NCBI GenBank assembly: GCA_011109175.1
Contig: RDEW01000006.1
Coordinates: forward strand, 905,232 to 969,231
Source: Dicyema japonicum
Lineage: Eukaryota; Animalia; Dicyemida
Reading direction: 5' to 3'
DNA: 64,000 nucleotides
This document shows, one piece after another, positions 20,664 to 33,639 of this stretch. Under the pieces are notes generated by a model. The model ran no database searches and was not told where the DNA came from. It saw only the letters and a program-made list of their open reading frames with translations. A program made the position numbers and the translations under genes. Each line of letters begins with the position of its first letter. The first letter of the stretch is position 1.

Positions 20664-22247
20664 AATAATCTATAAATAATATCCACAAGTGTAAATTTAA
20701 AGAGATATTTTAATTAAAAAACATTAAAAACATACAAGTAAAAGTTATAACAAGAAAGCTTCTATAAAACGTCTATTCCAAATAGTATGTGGTTTAACTA
20801 TTTGAATAAATAATTAAAAATTAATATTAATTAATATTTATTTATAAAATAAGTGTGTTATTTATATTTTTCTAATAAGCATCGATAACCTCACCCAAAT
20901 ATCTGTCATTCAATCGCAGTCAGGTTCAAACGAGGCCCAATTACTACAAAAAGGGAGCCCCGTCGGTTTTCTCCGTATACACTTCCGGAAACATTTTGGA
21001 AACCGTCTGAGTCATCATAATGCAGGAGAAAGATGTGGGAATGTAAAAATAGCAGTCATCTAAACTGTCGATCATTATTTCAGTGTTTTTGCGGTTTAGT
21101 ATATTAAATTGGCTTTCTTCCTTCCGATCAGTGTTGCAATTTTAATTTATTCCAAATTGAATTCTTAGGCAATTACCCATTTTGCGGAAACCATTCATTT
21201 TCGTTGATTGACTCATCTCTGGTTATTTCTGTCTTTCTCGTACTCAGTCTGTCTAATGAAAGAAACTAATAGAAACGACAATAGGGAGTACGGCGTAGGG
21301 GAACTTCTAAGTATTCATATGCTTATAAGAACCCCTGAAGTGGTTTCAACCAACTACCAATTAGTTTAAAAGATCACTTTAATTGTTTGAACATAAGACC
21401 AGATATGACCCCATATAATTTGCCAGGAAAGTTAAAACTGACTTCCTGGTCATTCCGCATAATTAATTTGGTTTATAAAATTTGAAAAATTTTAATCTCA
21501 AAGCGGTTATAACGGTGTTACTGACCTCCAATTATTGCTTGGTCAACTCCTTTCCGCATGTTTGGTTTTTTCGACTTACATAAATAACTCAAAGTGATTA
21601 GAATCCTTTGTCCATGTTTTTCGTTGTGGTACCGTCATATCTGCTGTATTTAAGGAATCTGGAGTTAGGCAAGGCCACAAATATATTGGAAGGTTGTACC
21701 TTTCTACCTCAAATAACTTGCACTCCCTGTCTGCCATGATGAACGATGTTGCTTGCTCTTCAGAAAGAATGAGTATACCTTACGCATCAGTCTTCTAATA
21801 AATTTTAGTTTTTGTAATTATCTATGCGTTCTATTTTCGATTCAATGCCTTGATTGAGATCAGGTGGTCTTTGGAGACTTGCTTTTATTCCTTTATCCGA
21901 GTTATTCCAATTCGAACCCAGACATTGGTGTATTGGATGCTTCCTCATTTCAAAACTTCGAGTTTCCGACGTCTCCCAAATTCATTAAGAAAGGGAGGAG
22001 AGGTACATCCACCATGATGAGTAGAAAAGTGCGCTAAATCTATATCATAGTGCATCAGAGTAGCGTCACCAACTCAACCAATTAACTTGTTTGATAGCCT
22101 TTGACTGAAAATGTAAATTAGACAATGACTGTGCTTAAAGCGATCTTTTTCTTCAAAAGTCAATTTGATTGATCATACGAACTCTTTCCCCCAGAACTTT
22201 AAAGATGCTGAAGCAAATACGATTTTCACTGTAAAGATATAAACTAG

Positions 22248-22455
22248 CGGGGATGATGAAGTGTACAAGTGCAAAGTCCTAATGGCCCCAGGTTAGAATC
22301 TCGCTCTGCATTTCGGCTGAAGGTTCCACGCATTTTTGATGCTTTGGGTATGACGGTGACGCCATCATCACTGAATGCTTCACTGGAGAGTCAGATTCGT
22401 CTGAATAGGACTTGCACCCAAGAAAAAGAAGTTAAGGAACATTTCTTGGTTCCTT
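22248..22455 (+). mobile_element. Diverged SINE family 1 copy
   Basis: GGTTAGAATCTCGCT...GAAGGTTCCACGCAT...GACGGTGACGCCATCATCA aligns to the family consensus; other diverged copies at ~31560-31860 (+) and ~34665-34950 (-). Confidence 0.65.
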
Positions 22456-23489
22456 CCTCCCTTCCTTCCCGAATTGTCAAATTTGTTCCCCTTTATATGG
22501 AGACTTCCGGATCTTACTCCCCTTACATTCGAGTTTTTCGGACGTCTCGGAAACCGGATCACCTCGTGCACTGGAGATCTCCGCGAACGCCACTGGCTGT
22601 TCGAGCGAATTTCGCTCGTAATTCTCAGAGGGAACAGCCAGAGGGCGGCATCTGACTAACTAATGTTTTTCTCTTATGTTTTTTAATAATAAATTGGTTT
22701 CTATATTAACACAGACAACTCGAAAATAAATTATTATCATCGATCTCCCGGATTATTCGATAAATTCAATAAATCGTCTATTACATTCTCATTTAAGTGT
22801 TTTCTTATTGTCCATTAATGTTTAGTGTCTAGGGGGTTAAACACTTTGACTTTCTCCCATTTGCACTTCCACAAGTGGATCGGGAACAGGGATGAGCTTT
22901 ACATGACTTATACCAATTAGAGTTATTTCGTTTCGGGTTTGTTGAATTGTACTTTTGTTTGATTCATATTGACATGTCAACTCGTATACAAACGTTGTGT
23001 CGATAATATTGACTGAACCGACTGCCCCTTCACCCTTCCGCCTCTTTAACCCCGCACGTCTGGAGAGGTGACACTTTACCACTTTGTTGTCCTTCGGACA
23101 TGTTTCCCTGTTTACCATTTATACTGGAGTGGGCAAGTGATCAACAGATTTTTATTTTTCTTGCATATGGTTACATGGAGATCCTGTGATTGAGATTACA
23201 TTTCTGTCTTGCAAAGGCCAATATAATTTCGCTCCTTTGACCGTTATTTCCATTCGCTAGCCATCTGCTAAATGTCTCCACATTGACATTAGGTTCCCCA
23301 CACATTGCTTATGAATCGTTCTGAGAGACTCCATATTAATACTCAACTCTTTCCACAGAAGACAACTACGGCTTCTGGAATCTACAGGCCAAAACGGATG
23401 ACCAACTACGAGTTTACAGAATCACTCAAACATCAAAGATTAGTAATAACGTGACTTTGGCGAAATGTCAGCTCTTTGGACATATCCTA

Positions 23490-24830
23490 GAGCTTCAGAA
23501 ATGGTACCACAGACATTTAAGGAACAAAAGAGCATCAGTAAAGGTAATAAAAGTCAGTTCTCTCCCAAAGTCTTCCTGTCTAAAATATACATGGTTGAGA
23601 TGCAACCTCAGAGTAATAAGCGGATGGGCTACTGTCGATCAATATCTGCATTTCAAAGGTACTCATGATGACGTGGACAAATTTACTGAATTCAGTTGTG
23701 AGTTATTTCTCATTCTCCAGGATAGACCTTCTTGAGAACATTTACTTCCTTTATCCTCTGACACTCCCAAATAACGGTATCCATCGACTCCAACCAACGC
23801 ATATCAATAATTTCTTGGAATTCATTTCCAATTCAACAACCTTGAAGAATTCACTATCCTCTTTTCGGAAAGTATTTGGAGATCATCCACAAAACAAGTG
23901 ATTGGTAGAATAAATAACCAAATTAGGATCTTCTCGATATTTTATTCTTCGGGAACTTAGAACTAAGTATTCAGTGGATCCATCACCAACAACTGTGAAG
24001 ACAACGAATCACCCTACAAGATTCCATCCCCAGATTAACAGAACTATTATTTATTTGATCGAGGTGTACAAACCACCTCCTAAAGTAGGCACGCAGGATA
24101 TTCATAACTTTTTTGCTTTTCCGTGGAAGGAGAGCTTGTCTGGAGTATCAACCAATTAACAAGTTCCAAGTGACTAGATATTTTCTTCTCGACCCTTTCA
24201 CATACTCCGGGTCCTCTTGTTCCTTTTTAGATGTTACGGATAGATTGCGTATTGAGAGGCATAAGGAGATCAAGTCATCTCATTTGCTTCCGGATTATTT
24301 AAATACTATATATTCAACCCACTTAACTGGTTATAAGCAACCCCCTTCTATTTTAGGATTTTTTATTTTAGGAAAAGAATTTTGGGACCACCTATTTGGA
24401 ATTTGATTTTTTCCAAAAACTTCTGAAATTGTAAATTCAACAGTTTCTTTAACGGGAGAAGCTTTATTATCTTCTTTTTGGCTGTCCTCAACTTGTCATT
24501 GGTTTGATCATCATCAACAATTCGAGCGGGTTTAGACTCTTAGAAAATCGAAGTTAAGCTTGTCGAGATTAAGGGTCCATCCATATCTTGAGATCTTCCA
24601 GGTATTTGCGTCATTGAACAGATAAAATGGGATACCTATTCTGTTGCTGATGAGCAAACAACTTGTCGATAAAGCAGACAGGAAAAGTAGTCGAGGTGGA
24701 ATAGTTCCAATAGTTTTCCAGTGCCTTATCTAATCCAGAAGGACTGTCCTGCTTCCAAGACACATCGAAATTATTTATTTCAGCACGCCTATGGGATATG
24801 ATTCCAGCTTTCACGGTCACAGAAACAGAG
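23490..24830 (-). mobile_element. Degenerate R4/NeSL-like retrotransposon, adjoining a short RTE 3' remnant at ~23170-23490 (+)
   Basis: STNHLF.VDDLQIL and YRYLGVSEDKG motifs; QLFGHILEL in the RTE piece. Confidence 0.5.
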
Positions 24831-25938
24831 TACTTCTAATTTATTTATTATTTATTAACCCCGATACACCGAAAAGAAGTTAAAGTAAACAACAATTAAG
24901 TGTATCCAGTTTCCACTTCTACAGAAACAGAGTCCAAACCACTCCAGTGGAGTAAGGGAGAGCAAATGATCCTTTTTTCGTCCCCGCCTGGCACTGGGCG
25001 CCACCTAAACAGGTGGATCACATGACGCCACTCTAATAGGAGGAACAGAGAAGAAAACAGAAAACTTCAACCAATTAACCACACAGCACCACATGGCGCC
25101 ACGCGGGTAATCTACCACATACAAGTTCATCCAGAACCAATGGAAAGGATAGAACACTAATACTTGCAGTTGTGGGACCCTCTTAATGGAGTGGGGAGAG
25201 CAAATGATCCTTTTTCACACCATCCTGGCACTGGGCGTCACTGAGACAAGAGGATCACACAAAACCACTATAGTAGGACGAGAAGAAAAAAAACAGAGAA
25301 AAAGAAAAAAAACCGTCGACCTATAGTAGCAAGTGGGGAAATCGATCAGACGAAATACATCCTAACCATCAAGTTACCTGGTTTAAATTACTAACAGAAT
25401 TTCATTTATTATTTATCGATACATCGCCACGTGGTGCCATGTGGTTCTACGTTGATAATTAGTTGAAATTTTCTATTTGTTTTGTCTGTTTTTGTTTCCC
25501 TTCCTACTAGAGTGGCCTCATGTGATCCACCTGTCTCAGGTGGCGCCCAGTGCCAGGCTGGGACGAAAAAGGATCATTTGCTCTCCACCACTCTATTGGA
25601 GGGGTTTCCACGAGTAATGGACGTCTTTTACCTTTGATGCTGGTTCCGGATGGAGTATGTTTCTGTAGCACTGAAAACTGGATGCACTTAACTATTTTTT
25701 TACTAAGTAACCCCAGCCTAATCAAACGGTCAACTTTGATGTGGTAGACCGATAGCGTACAAGTTCAGGACATTCTAAAGGTGACTTGCTGTCAACTCAG
25801 ATAGGTTTCAAATGAACAGAGTACATCTTTCGCATCATCCAGTTTACCTATGTCGGTAGAGAGGAGTGATGTCCACGTGGCAGGTTTGCCCGGATGAAGA
25901 GAGGATTTCATATTAATAATATTAAAATAATCGTAATA

Positions 25939-26884
25939 TTAAGAGTTATTAGTAGCCCTGTCAATTTCCTGACTCCACTCTATCCACGAGCCATCATAGA
26001 CAGGAAGCACACCAAATCCACACAAATAAGATGCAAATGAAAGTACACAAGCCGTTACACCTAAAAGTCATGTTGACAAACAACCAGATCCACAGGTGCA
26101 CCACAAAGGGGAAGATAGATCAATTCCACTCCGCTTAAATTCCGACAGAATCTTCGAATTGCTGACAAAGCATTTATTCGAGGGGTCAATCAAATTTACA
26201 AAAGGCAAGTTGAATGAATTTGGAATGTGTCCCCGATTAAGCCCTAAATATAATTTTTTTTCGCACCAGGTCTGGGTTCAGGAACCTGTCCATAGAATCT
26301 CTCACTGGATCGAGCATCAACAAGCGCAACAGTTCCCGCTTTAGTGTTCTCTTTTACTTGACTCAAATTTTTAACATAATTCATATCGAATTTTGATTGG
26401 AAGGAAGAAAATGACTTTGGATGGCTTTCTAGATAGGAAACAGGGAGTCCCTCGGATTCCCACGCGGGCAGACCACCGTCAAGTACAGAAACATTGTCGT
26501 GACCGAATATATGAAACATCCACCAAACACGAGGAGATGAGAACAACCCAATTTGTGGCCAGTTGTCATATACAATGACGTGGGTGTCATTTCTTATCCC
26601 AAGTTTGGAGACGTATTCCTCAAAGTTGGAAGGAGATGGAAGCATGTGTGGCAATGAAGTGGTCGGATCACAGCACTCGTCTATATTGAAGGGGAGTGAA
26701 CCTCTGATTGTAGGACCCAATGAATCCTGCAAGTAAACAAAGGGAATACAGGCTGCATTGAAGGAAGCTTAGCCTCAAGAATAGCAATATTTTCATTAGC
26801 CTTGTGGTTTTGTAACCATAACGGGGATACAAGCGGAGGAATCGTCCGACTAAATCGTCGCAGAAGAAAAACACTCAAAAGCAT
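25939..26884 (-). CDS. MPST: 3-mercaptopyruvate sulfurtransferase (tandem rhodanese), 291 aa; exons 26884-26750, 26726-26267, 26243-26085, 26060-25939
   Basis: FNIDECCD, SPRVWWMFHIFGH, VDARSSERFYG, GHIP, active-site CGSGVTAC, YDGSWIEW; three GT-AG introns of 23, 23 and 24 nt restore the frame; Arg-rich N-terminus resembles a mitochondrial presequence. Confidence 0.93.
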
Positions 26885-27761
26885 CAATATGTTTAAATAG
26901 CAACTAAATAACAATTATAAAATAAATTGCTAATTTTTATTGGAATCTTTTATGTAGCAAAAATTACCGTTAATGAGTGCGCTAGCAACAAAACAACTTT
27001 ACCTCGGCTATGTCGACGAGCCAAATGATATTTTATTAATAGGTGAGAAACGATTAGTGCTGTCGCTCAAGTCGCCATTAGCTGTGAGGTTGATTCCCAC
27101 TCTACTACCTATCTGGTCGAAGGGCCCCGTTTTGTGACTTCTACAATTCATAAAAGGCGTCGTGTGATCTACCTGTCTCAGGATACCCCAGTGCCTCTTG
27201 GCATCAAAAAAGAATCTCTCTTTGCTACTCCAATTGAAGGGTTCCCACAATGGTGGTATGGATGGAAGGTTCAATAAGATGCGCCATACTCCGACAGCGT
27301 GAATTGGATATGCCTTAACTCAAAAAATTTCCGCTATATCCGGAGCTATTAAATAAATATCCTACTAAATGTCACTTAAGTTTGTAATTTTTAACTTTCC
27401 CCAAACTTCCACTAGTCGAGAAAGAGTGCAGGATCACTGGGAATGACATGACTAAGCGTCGTGTTTACTTATGACTGCTACCTACCTACGTGTTGTCAAA
27501 GGTGTGTTAATAATCTAAAAATGTCCTGTAATAATAGACATCCAGTCTGGTCTTAGTTTGCTTATCCCACGATTCGCCCAATTACACAATTTGAATATTT
27601 TCCCACTAATCGATAACTGAGAAAAAAATGCATCTAACATACCGCAAAGCAGTCTTCAAAAATAATGAATCAGAGCTTACTAGGCAAGTCAGTAATAAAC
27701 ACAATACTTAACTCAAAATAGGAAATCCAATTATATAGTGTACACAAAACAAAAATTAACT

Positions 27762-30455
27762 TTACTGACACGACTGCGAAAATTTGGATCGAGAGAGAGG
27801 AGACAATAATGAAAATGCATCAACCTGTATCGAAAATGACTTAGTTTCATCCAAAAGAACGAAACGTCTGGAAGCACAGTCGTATCTACAGCTTAAAGAA
27901 AGACAAACTTGTAAAAGAAGCAACGACCATTTCATCGACCAAGTCGGGACCTAATCCTGAGATCTTTTTGGCAGAATTCCCAATGTATGCATACATAGCC
28001 TTGTACTTCATTCTTCCCCCACCCAACAACACCATGAACTGATGCACATCTCTCGAAGATTCCACATCCTTTTCAATCAATTTTGAAGACAACCATAATA
28101 GCTGACTTTTGCAGCTTTGCGTCCACATGTCCAGGCAAAAGAACGCTTTTTATAGCATTGAGGATCCGTAGCTTGTTGGTCCGTGGTTTAGGACATACTT
28201 TCAGGGGTACTATTTATAATCCGACAGAGTACCTTGATTTGTCAAAAACAGTTTAGCAGATGAAGTAGCAGATTTTCTAATTATTATTAATAATACCTTT
28301 TGAGCACCCCAAAGTTTTTCCTTTTTTCTTCAAACCGTCGCTTTACTGTCTCCGGGTTACTTTGATTATCGAAATTAATAAAGTATTCGGCATAACCTCA
28401 AATAATTATTCAATATTACTAGATTTAGGCCTTTCTGTGACTTTATCCCCAATCTCGTCTCCATTAGTTTCGTCAACCACTGTGTTAACAGATTCAGGCT
28501 TGTCCTCAGTACGATCACACTCGGTATCGTCTTTGGGGTCAGGTTTGCAAGCTATTTGAAGATTTTTATCCTCATCATTTTGAAGAACGGTCTCAACCTC
28601 GTTGTAGTCTTTGACGTCCTCTTGAGTCCCCTTGACAGGAATATTTTGATCATCATTGGGATAATGCACAACAGGGCTGTTTAGGATGTCACAACAATAT
28701 ATACCTTACAGGCAAACTCCAACATGACTTCTCACGTGGTTTAATGCACGTTCTAGATACATTACAGCTCTCTGCTGCAGGATTCAGAGGTTCAGGATTG
28801 TCTTCGTCACACGATTTTATATGGTCACAAACTAGGTGAGAATTATGATCGAATTCAAGATTAACGGTGGGAGGAGGTGAAGATAACCTTGCAGGTTGAG
28901 TCAATTCTGGCATTTTAGCGAGTTCGTAGTAAGACAGAGGTTCCCCCCAAGTGTGGATCGAATCCATCTTGGAGATATTAGAATGACGAACATTGGCAGA
29001 AGGATTTGAGTGATTTGATTCGCCACCTTCTGGATATTCAGAGTGGTTTATATTTTTCGGTAATCCCTCGGACAACACAGCTTCGTTTTGTTGGTAATAC
29101 GACTTGGAAGACTCCTCTTCCTCCAAAATAGCAGACAATTCGTCCTCCGGGACATCCATTTCGATAGTTCCAAGTGTTTAGTAGACTCGAGAACATCTAG
29201 TTTGGACAAATCAAAATTTTCAGGCAGATCAGGGTCAGAAAACTCCTTTTCTTCAATGTTGCTGAGGGAAACTCGATCTAAGAGACTCTTTTCTTGTCCT
29301 GATTCGAGAACAGATTTGAAACAATTCCTTCCAGCATTAAATGAGGTCCTCTCAACTCCAAAAGAGTCTAACAGCTCTGAATAATTAGGCTTGTTAGCTC
29401 TTCTGGTGTATCCAATGACGTCCTGCACGTGAAAAAAAGCGAAGAATTCACCGACTGATTTAAGTGAGCAGGTTGGGAGACTGAGGGTACTCAGAGTTGT
29501 CAATGTCTGCAAAGTTAACTTCATCGAAAAGTCCATCTTCAATGATATTTTGTGAATTTTTCGAAAAATTTTCAAGTTTTGGTGTCACGAAGCTATAAGT
29601 TGCCGCGTAAATGAGGAGTATGTACAAACTGAGAGATCCATGTCTCACAAAAATATCCTCCGTGCTGAAACTCGGGATAATATCCGAAAACTGTTCCACG
29701 CAGAGTTCTCTGACAGATTCCAGAGAACGCACAATGTTTCCGCTCACAGTCCAGTTTTCTGGAATTTCTAGATTGTCGGAATAAGAGAAACCAATTTGGT
29801 CTGGAAATGCATAATAGAAGATTTTGATAAGGGCCTGGGATTTAGCCTCCAGGATAAACATGAATGTGTCGTAGTCATCGGTTTGGAGGTTATATTGATC
29901 CCCGGCTAATTTCTCAATGGTATTAACCCAGTTTTTGAGGAATTCCTCCACTTTTGTCAGTTCAAAGTCACTTTCAAGGCAAATAAATTTAGAAATTTGG
30001 AATTTTATCAGAGATTCTATCAGTTTGCAGTGCACAAACTATAAATCAAGCAGTAAGCTAACCAGATCGAGACAGTATAGCTCATAGGCAAAGCACCCCT
30101 TATCAACCGAAAAATTGATCAACCCTCTAGCTTCGAGTTCGGAAATAATCTGGAGATGACCTGAAATATTTATTCAAAACAACCGTGGTGTTGGATTTTG
30201 TCTATAAGTCCAAGGGATATGCCCACCTTACAATAAAGAGATGAGTCTTTAAGAACAGAGCAAAGTTCTGGACACTCAATTTTTGAGGATTCCTATATAA
30301 TTATTTCAAACTCTTACAGAAGAGTCGGTAGTAACTACAAAGTTGTAGAACTTTGTGTCTTTGTAAGCAATGTGAAGGAGCCACCGCAAATACAGAGTTA
30401 GTTTTCTGTGATCAATGTCCGAATTCGATGATGCACAATATTGATCTTGCGTCAT
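27762..30455 (-). CDS. CAMSAP: CAMSAP/Patronin microtubule minus-end binding protein (CH domain, coiled coil, CKK domain)
   Basis: N-terminal KLTLYLRWLLHIAY, GHLQIISEL, CH-like FSTEDIF; CKK TNKLRILNAI..LPGHV, HQFMVLL..KYKAMYAY..GLGP, FYKYDCASRRF..SIQVDAFS; about 10 introns of 20-29 nt; two 1-bp homopolymer frameshifts near 29475 and 29160. Confidence 0.88.
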
Positions 30456-30629
30456 TTTATCTGAATTATTTTGATTTTGGCAAACTTATGTGACCACACA
30501 AAGAAATTATCGTCAAAAATTTAAAGCGGTTTTTTTGATATAATTTTTTAAAATAAATAATTAAAAAATTAATAAATTTTATTTGGAGATCGAAACTAAC
30601 CAGCAAAGGGCGTTTAAACTTACGCAGCG

Positions 30630-31270
30630 ATGGATTTCTGGTTAGGACAACTCTCTAACTCTTCTGGAATCCCTAAAGAACCGAAGGGTGTAGTCGTGTA
30701 ACTATGAGAATCCTGTTCTTCGTCCTATACATGTTTACGTGGGATCGAGGATAACCATCGAGCCAAGATGAAGTCTCTGCTGGAGTGTTCGGAATCACGT
30801 GACAAGTTTAGCGTTACCGTAGTCTTTGGAATTTTCTTTTATTCATTCTTCCAGTGAAGATCATTCCTTTAAATTTTTCAAGAATTATATTGATATGTTA
30901 TCTACAGGAGCACGAGGGCTTGCATCAATTCTTTAAACTATGGTGGTGAACATATAGACGGACTGAAGGTGTCTGATGAAGACTTCATCACTGCTTCCAA
31001 CCAATCTGCGGCACTTCCATGTAGTTATCGTGAAGACATTTCATTGGGTGTGGTAAGAAAAGAGACAATTGAGTTACTTTTGAAGAGAGAGGATGATGAC
31101 CTTTTTAAATTCTTTGTCCACCAAGTTTGATGCAAAGTTACTGACGCAACAGAAGTTGAAGTGTCTCATAAAGTTATCTGAAAGCATCCCCTTGTTATTG
31201 TGTAGTTACTCCAAGAAGATCTATAAAATATGCGCCAATGTCAAGAATGCGGATCACAAGTTGGTCCAGG
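30630..31270 (+). CDS. Putative spliced gene of unknown function
   Basis: ATG at 30630 and open reading stretches joined by plausible short introns; no recognisable domain. Confidence 0.35.
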
Positions 31271-32169
31271 AATTATATTTAAATCCTTGATTCTATGACC
31301 TGTTAGTATATTTTGTTTTAAACAAGTTTGTTGGTAATTAAAATTAATTTATTGCGGCCTTCAATCGACTAGGGCCAAACTTCCCTATCGTCTACCATTA
31401 CTAAGGAACATCTAGAGCATTTTGAATAGTCACTGGGGGAAAGTATAGCGACTAAAATTGTCTCAATTTCCTACGAAACAAGATGACAGAGACAGACAAG
31501 TAGTTTAGGGGGATTATAGTTGTTATATAGGAAGATTCTGTACAGATATTAGCAGCCGATGGCGCTGTCATAAGTACCAGATAGAATTCCGATATTTCCC
31601 GCTCGAATCGCTGTCAATTCCAGATGAAGGTCTATTCAGTCGATCAACGATGCCGCCTGGCTTCCGCCTGGCTTAAAGAGTAACGCCATCATCAATGATA
31701 TATCTCACTGCGGAACCGGATTGGCTAGAGGGACTCGCACAAAACTGAGAGAACTTAAGAACATTCTAATGACTTGGTCCCCTTCGATTAATTAATTTTT
31801 ATTTGTTAAAATAAAACGTGCGTCCTGCCTTAAGTAGTGGGAACATTACTACTCTTCACATAAATCTTGTTATAAAAGTATCCAAATTTGGAAATTTAAA
31901 ATGAACTTTTAAAGAAAGTCAAAAAACCATAATAATTAATTCACAAGTTTAAATTCTACTGAAATCCAGAGTTTTGAAAATGATCAAAATTATCTGTGAA
32001 AAGTATAAAATAAAAATACTTGAATTTTGACCAAAATCTCTATTTAAGTACATGTCTGGCCTGGAAGGAAGATACGAAAAACCCTCAGGAATGGCTATTT
32101 TATCGTCGCTGTCTTGTCTCTAAAGTAAATTCAGCTAGTTCAATAAATTTAGAAGTAAAGAAGTAGTAC

Positions 32170-32452
32170 CCGAAAATTATCATCTAGACATTTCTTGAGG
32201 GTATTCAGTGCACTTTCACCTTCAACTAAAGGCTTTAGTCTGTCTGTAGCGTAAATATACAAGCTCTTTGTGGGACTGTATATGATGACGGCTACATCAC
32301 TGCCTGTTAAAATAGCTAACTCGTCAGCCTAATGGTTCTTAGATTAAAATAACCTTTTTCATTATTCCCTGTTTCCTCTTACTCAAAGCTTGTCTTCTTT
32401 TAATTGTATCATAAATATATTCAATTTTTATCTTTGATTTTCCCTTAGCCAT
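32170..32452 (-). CDS. SRF: SRF-type MADS-box transcription factor; 3' exons probably extend to ~31950
   Basis: MAKGKSKIKIEYIYDTIKRRQALSKRKQGIMKK|ADELAILTGSDVAVIIYSPTKSLYIYATDRLKPLVEGESALNTLKKCL; 25-nt intron at 32329-32353. Confidence 0.82.
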
Positions 32453-32769
32453 TATAAAGTAAGTTTGTTTTTAACTAGATTTAAATTAAAAAAATTTATT
32501 ACATTTTTGATTATTAAAAAAAATAATATTATTTAACTTTTAGTAATTTATTATTAAATCGAAAAACTTTTAGAAAATAAAACAGTTTTGGTTCACTGGA
32601 GACGCATAGTGAAGCAAATATCGAAACGTGTAGCACAAAAACGACCTTAGTTAATATAACGTTCTTTGGTTCTGTGAAAGTCCTTTTAATAATATCATTT
32701 CGGCGTGGATGCTGTGAGGATTCAGTTATCAAAGACTGGATGTTTGAGCTCAGTTATTTATAATTAAGG

Positions 32770-33560
32770 GAATTGGGGTACACCAATTTGAAGATAAAAA
32801 CTCTAAGTTATGACCCAAGTCAATCATCAGAGGTTAAACCTACAGACATACGAATTTTTTTTAATTTTCTGCTTGTAATTGTTGATGATTTCTCTTTTCC
32901 GTTTATTCTTCCAAATGTTCTTCTTAAGTCGTTACATCTGATCCACTTGCCTCAGATGTAACGAAAAGGAATCATTTGTTTCCCCACTTTGTGGAAAGGT
33001 TTCAACAACTGAGAGTAGTGGGTGTTTTCGTTTTCTTCCCTTTCTTCTTGTTTTAAGGGGGATTGCGCAATATCAGAAGGTCTCTCTTCTGTGGTTGTGA
33101 GAAGTAGATTATTTATGTTATTTTTAACTCCAGACTTACAATAATTACTCCAAGGAAGGAACCCAAAAAAGAATGTCTGTTTTTGCTAACCAACCCCATC
33201 CCTAATAGTAAATTACAGACCTCCCAAGAAATGTAGAGAAGCAGGTTCTCCCTCTTCATCGCACAACCAACCGTCGCCTTACTTCATTCTTGAGCGAAAG
33301 AGTTTTCAAAGTGCAATCTTTACCAGAGGATTTGTTCAAGGAGAAGGTAGGAAGATCCTTTTCAACTGTCGTACCAGAAGGACTTGTCATGGGTGGATCT
33401 GTTTGACGAGAATTGACTCCACTTTCATCAGACGATTCGAACCCACGACCATCAGATCCGATGTCATCAGACGTTAAGCTCAGCCAGATGCACTTATTTG
33501 TTTTTTCTTGGTATTTAGGATACAAACTCAAAATTCTGAACAAAGGAAGTGTCACAAATA
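32770..33560 (-). CDS. Putative exons of an unidentified Ser-rich protein
   Basis: Open frame 33256-33555 with a donor site; exon chain not resolved. Confidence 0.3.
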
Positions 33561-33639
33561 GAACTCACAGAATTCGCGACAGACATCACTATGCCATGTT
33601 GTCATTACATTAAAACAACATACGCAAACCATAGTAGCT

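Noticed and set aside
25939-30455. Ciliate-type alternative genetic code to explain in-frame stops
   Set aside because: Stops fall inside GT-AG micro-introns or at expected protein ends; the standard code yields complete proteins
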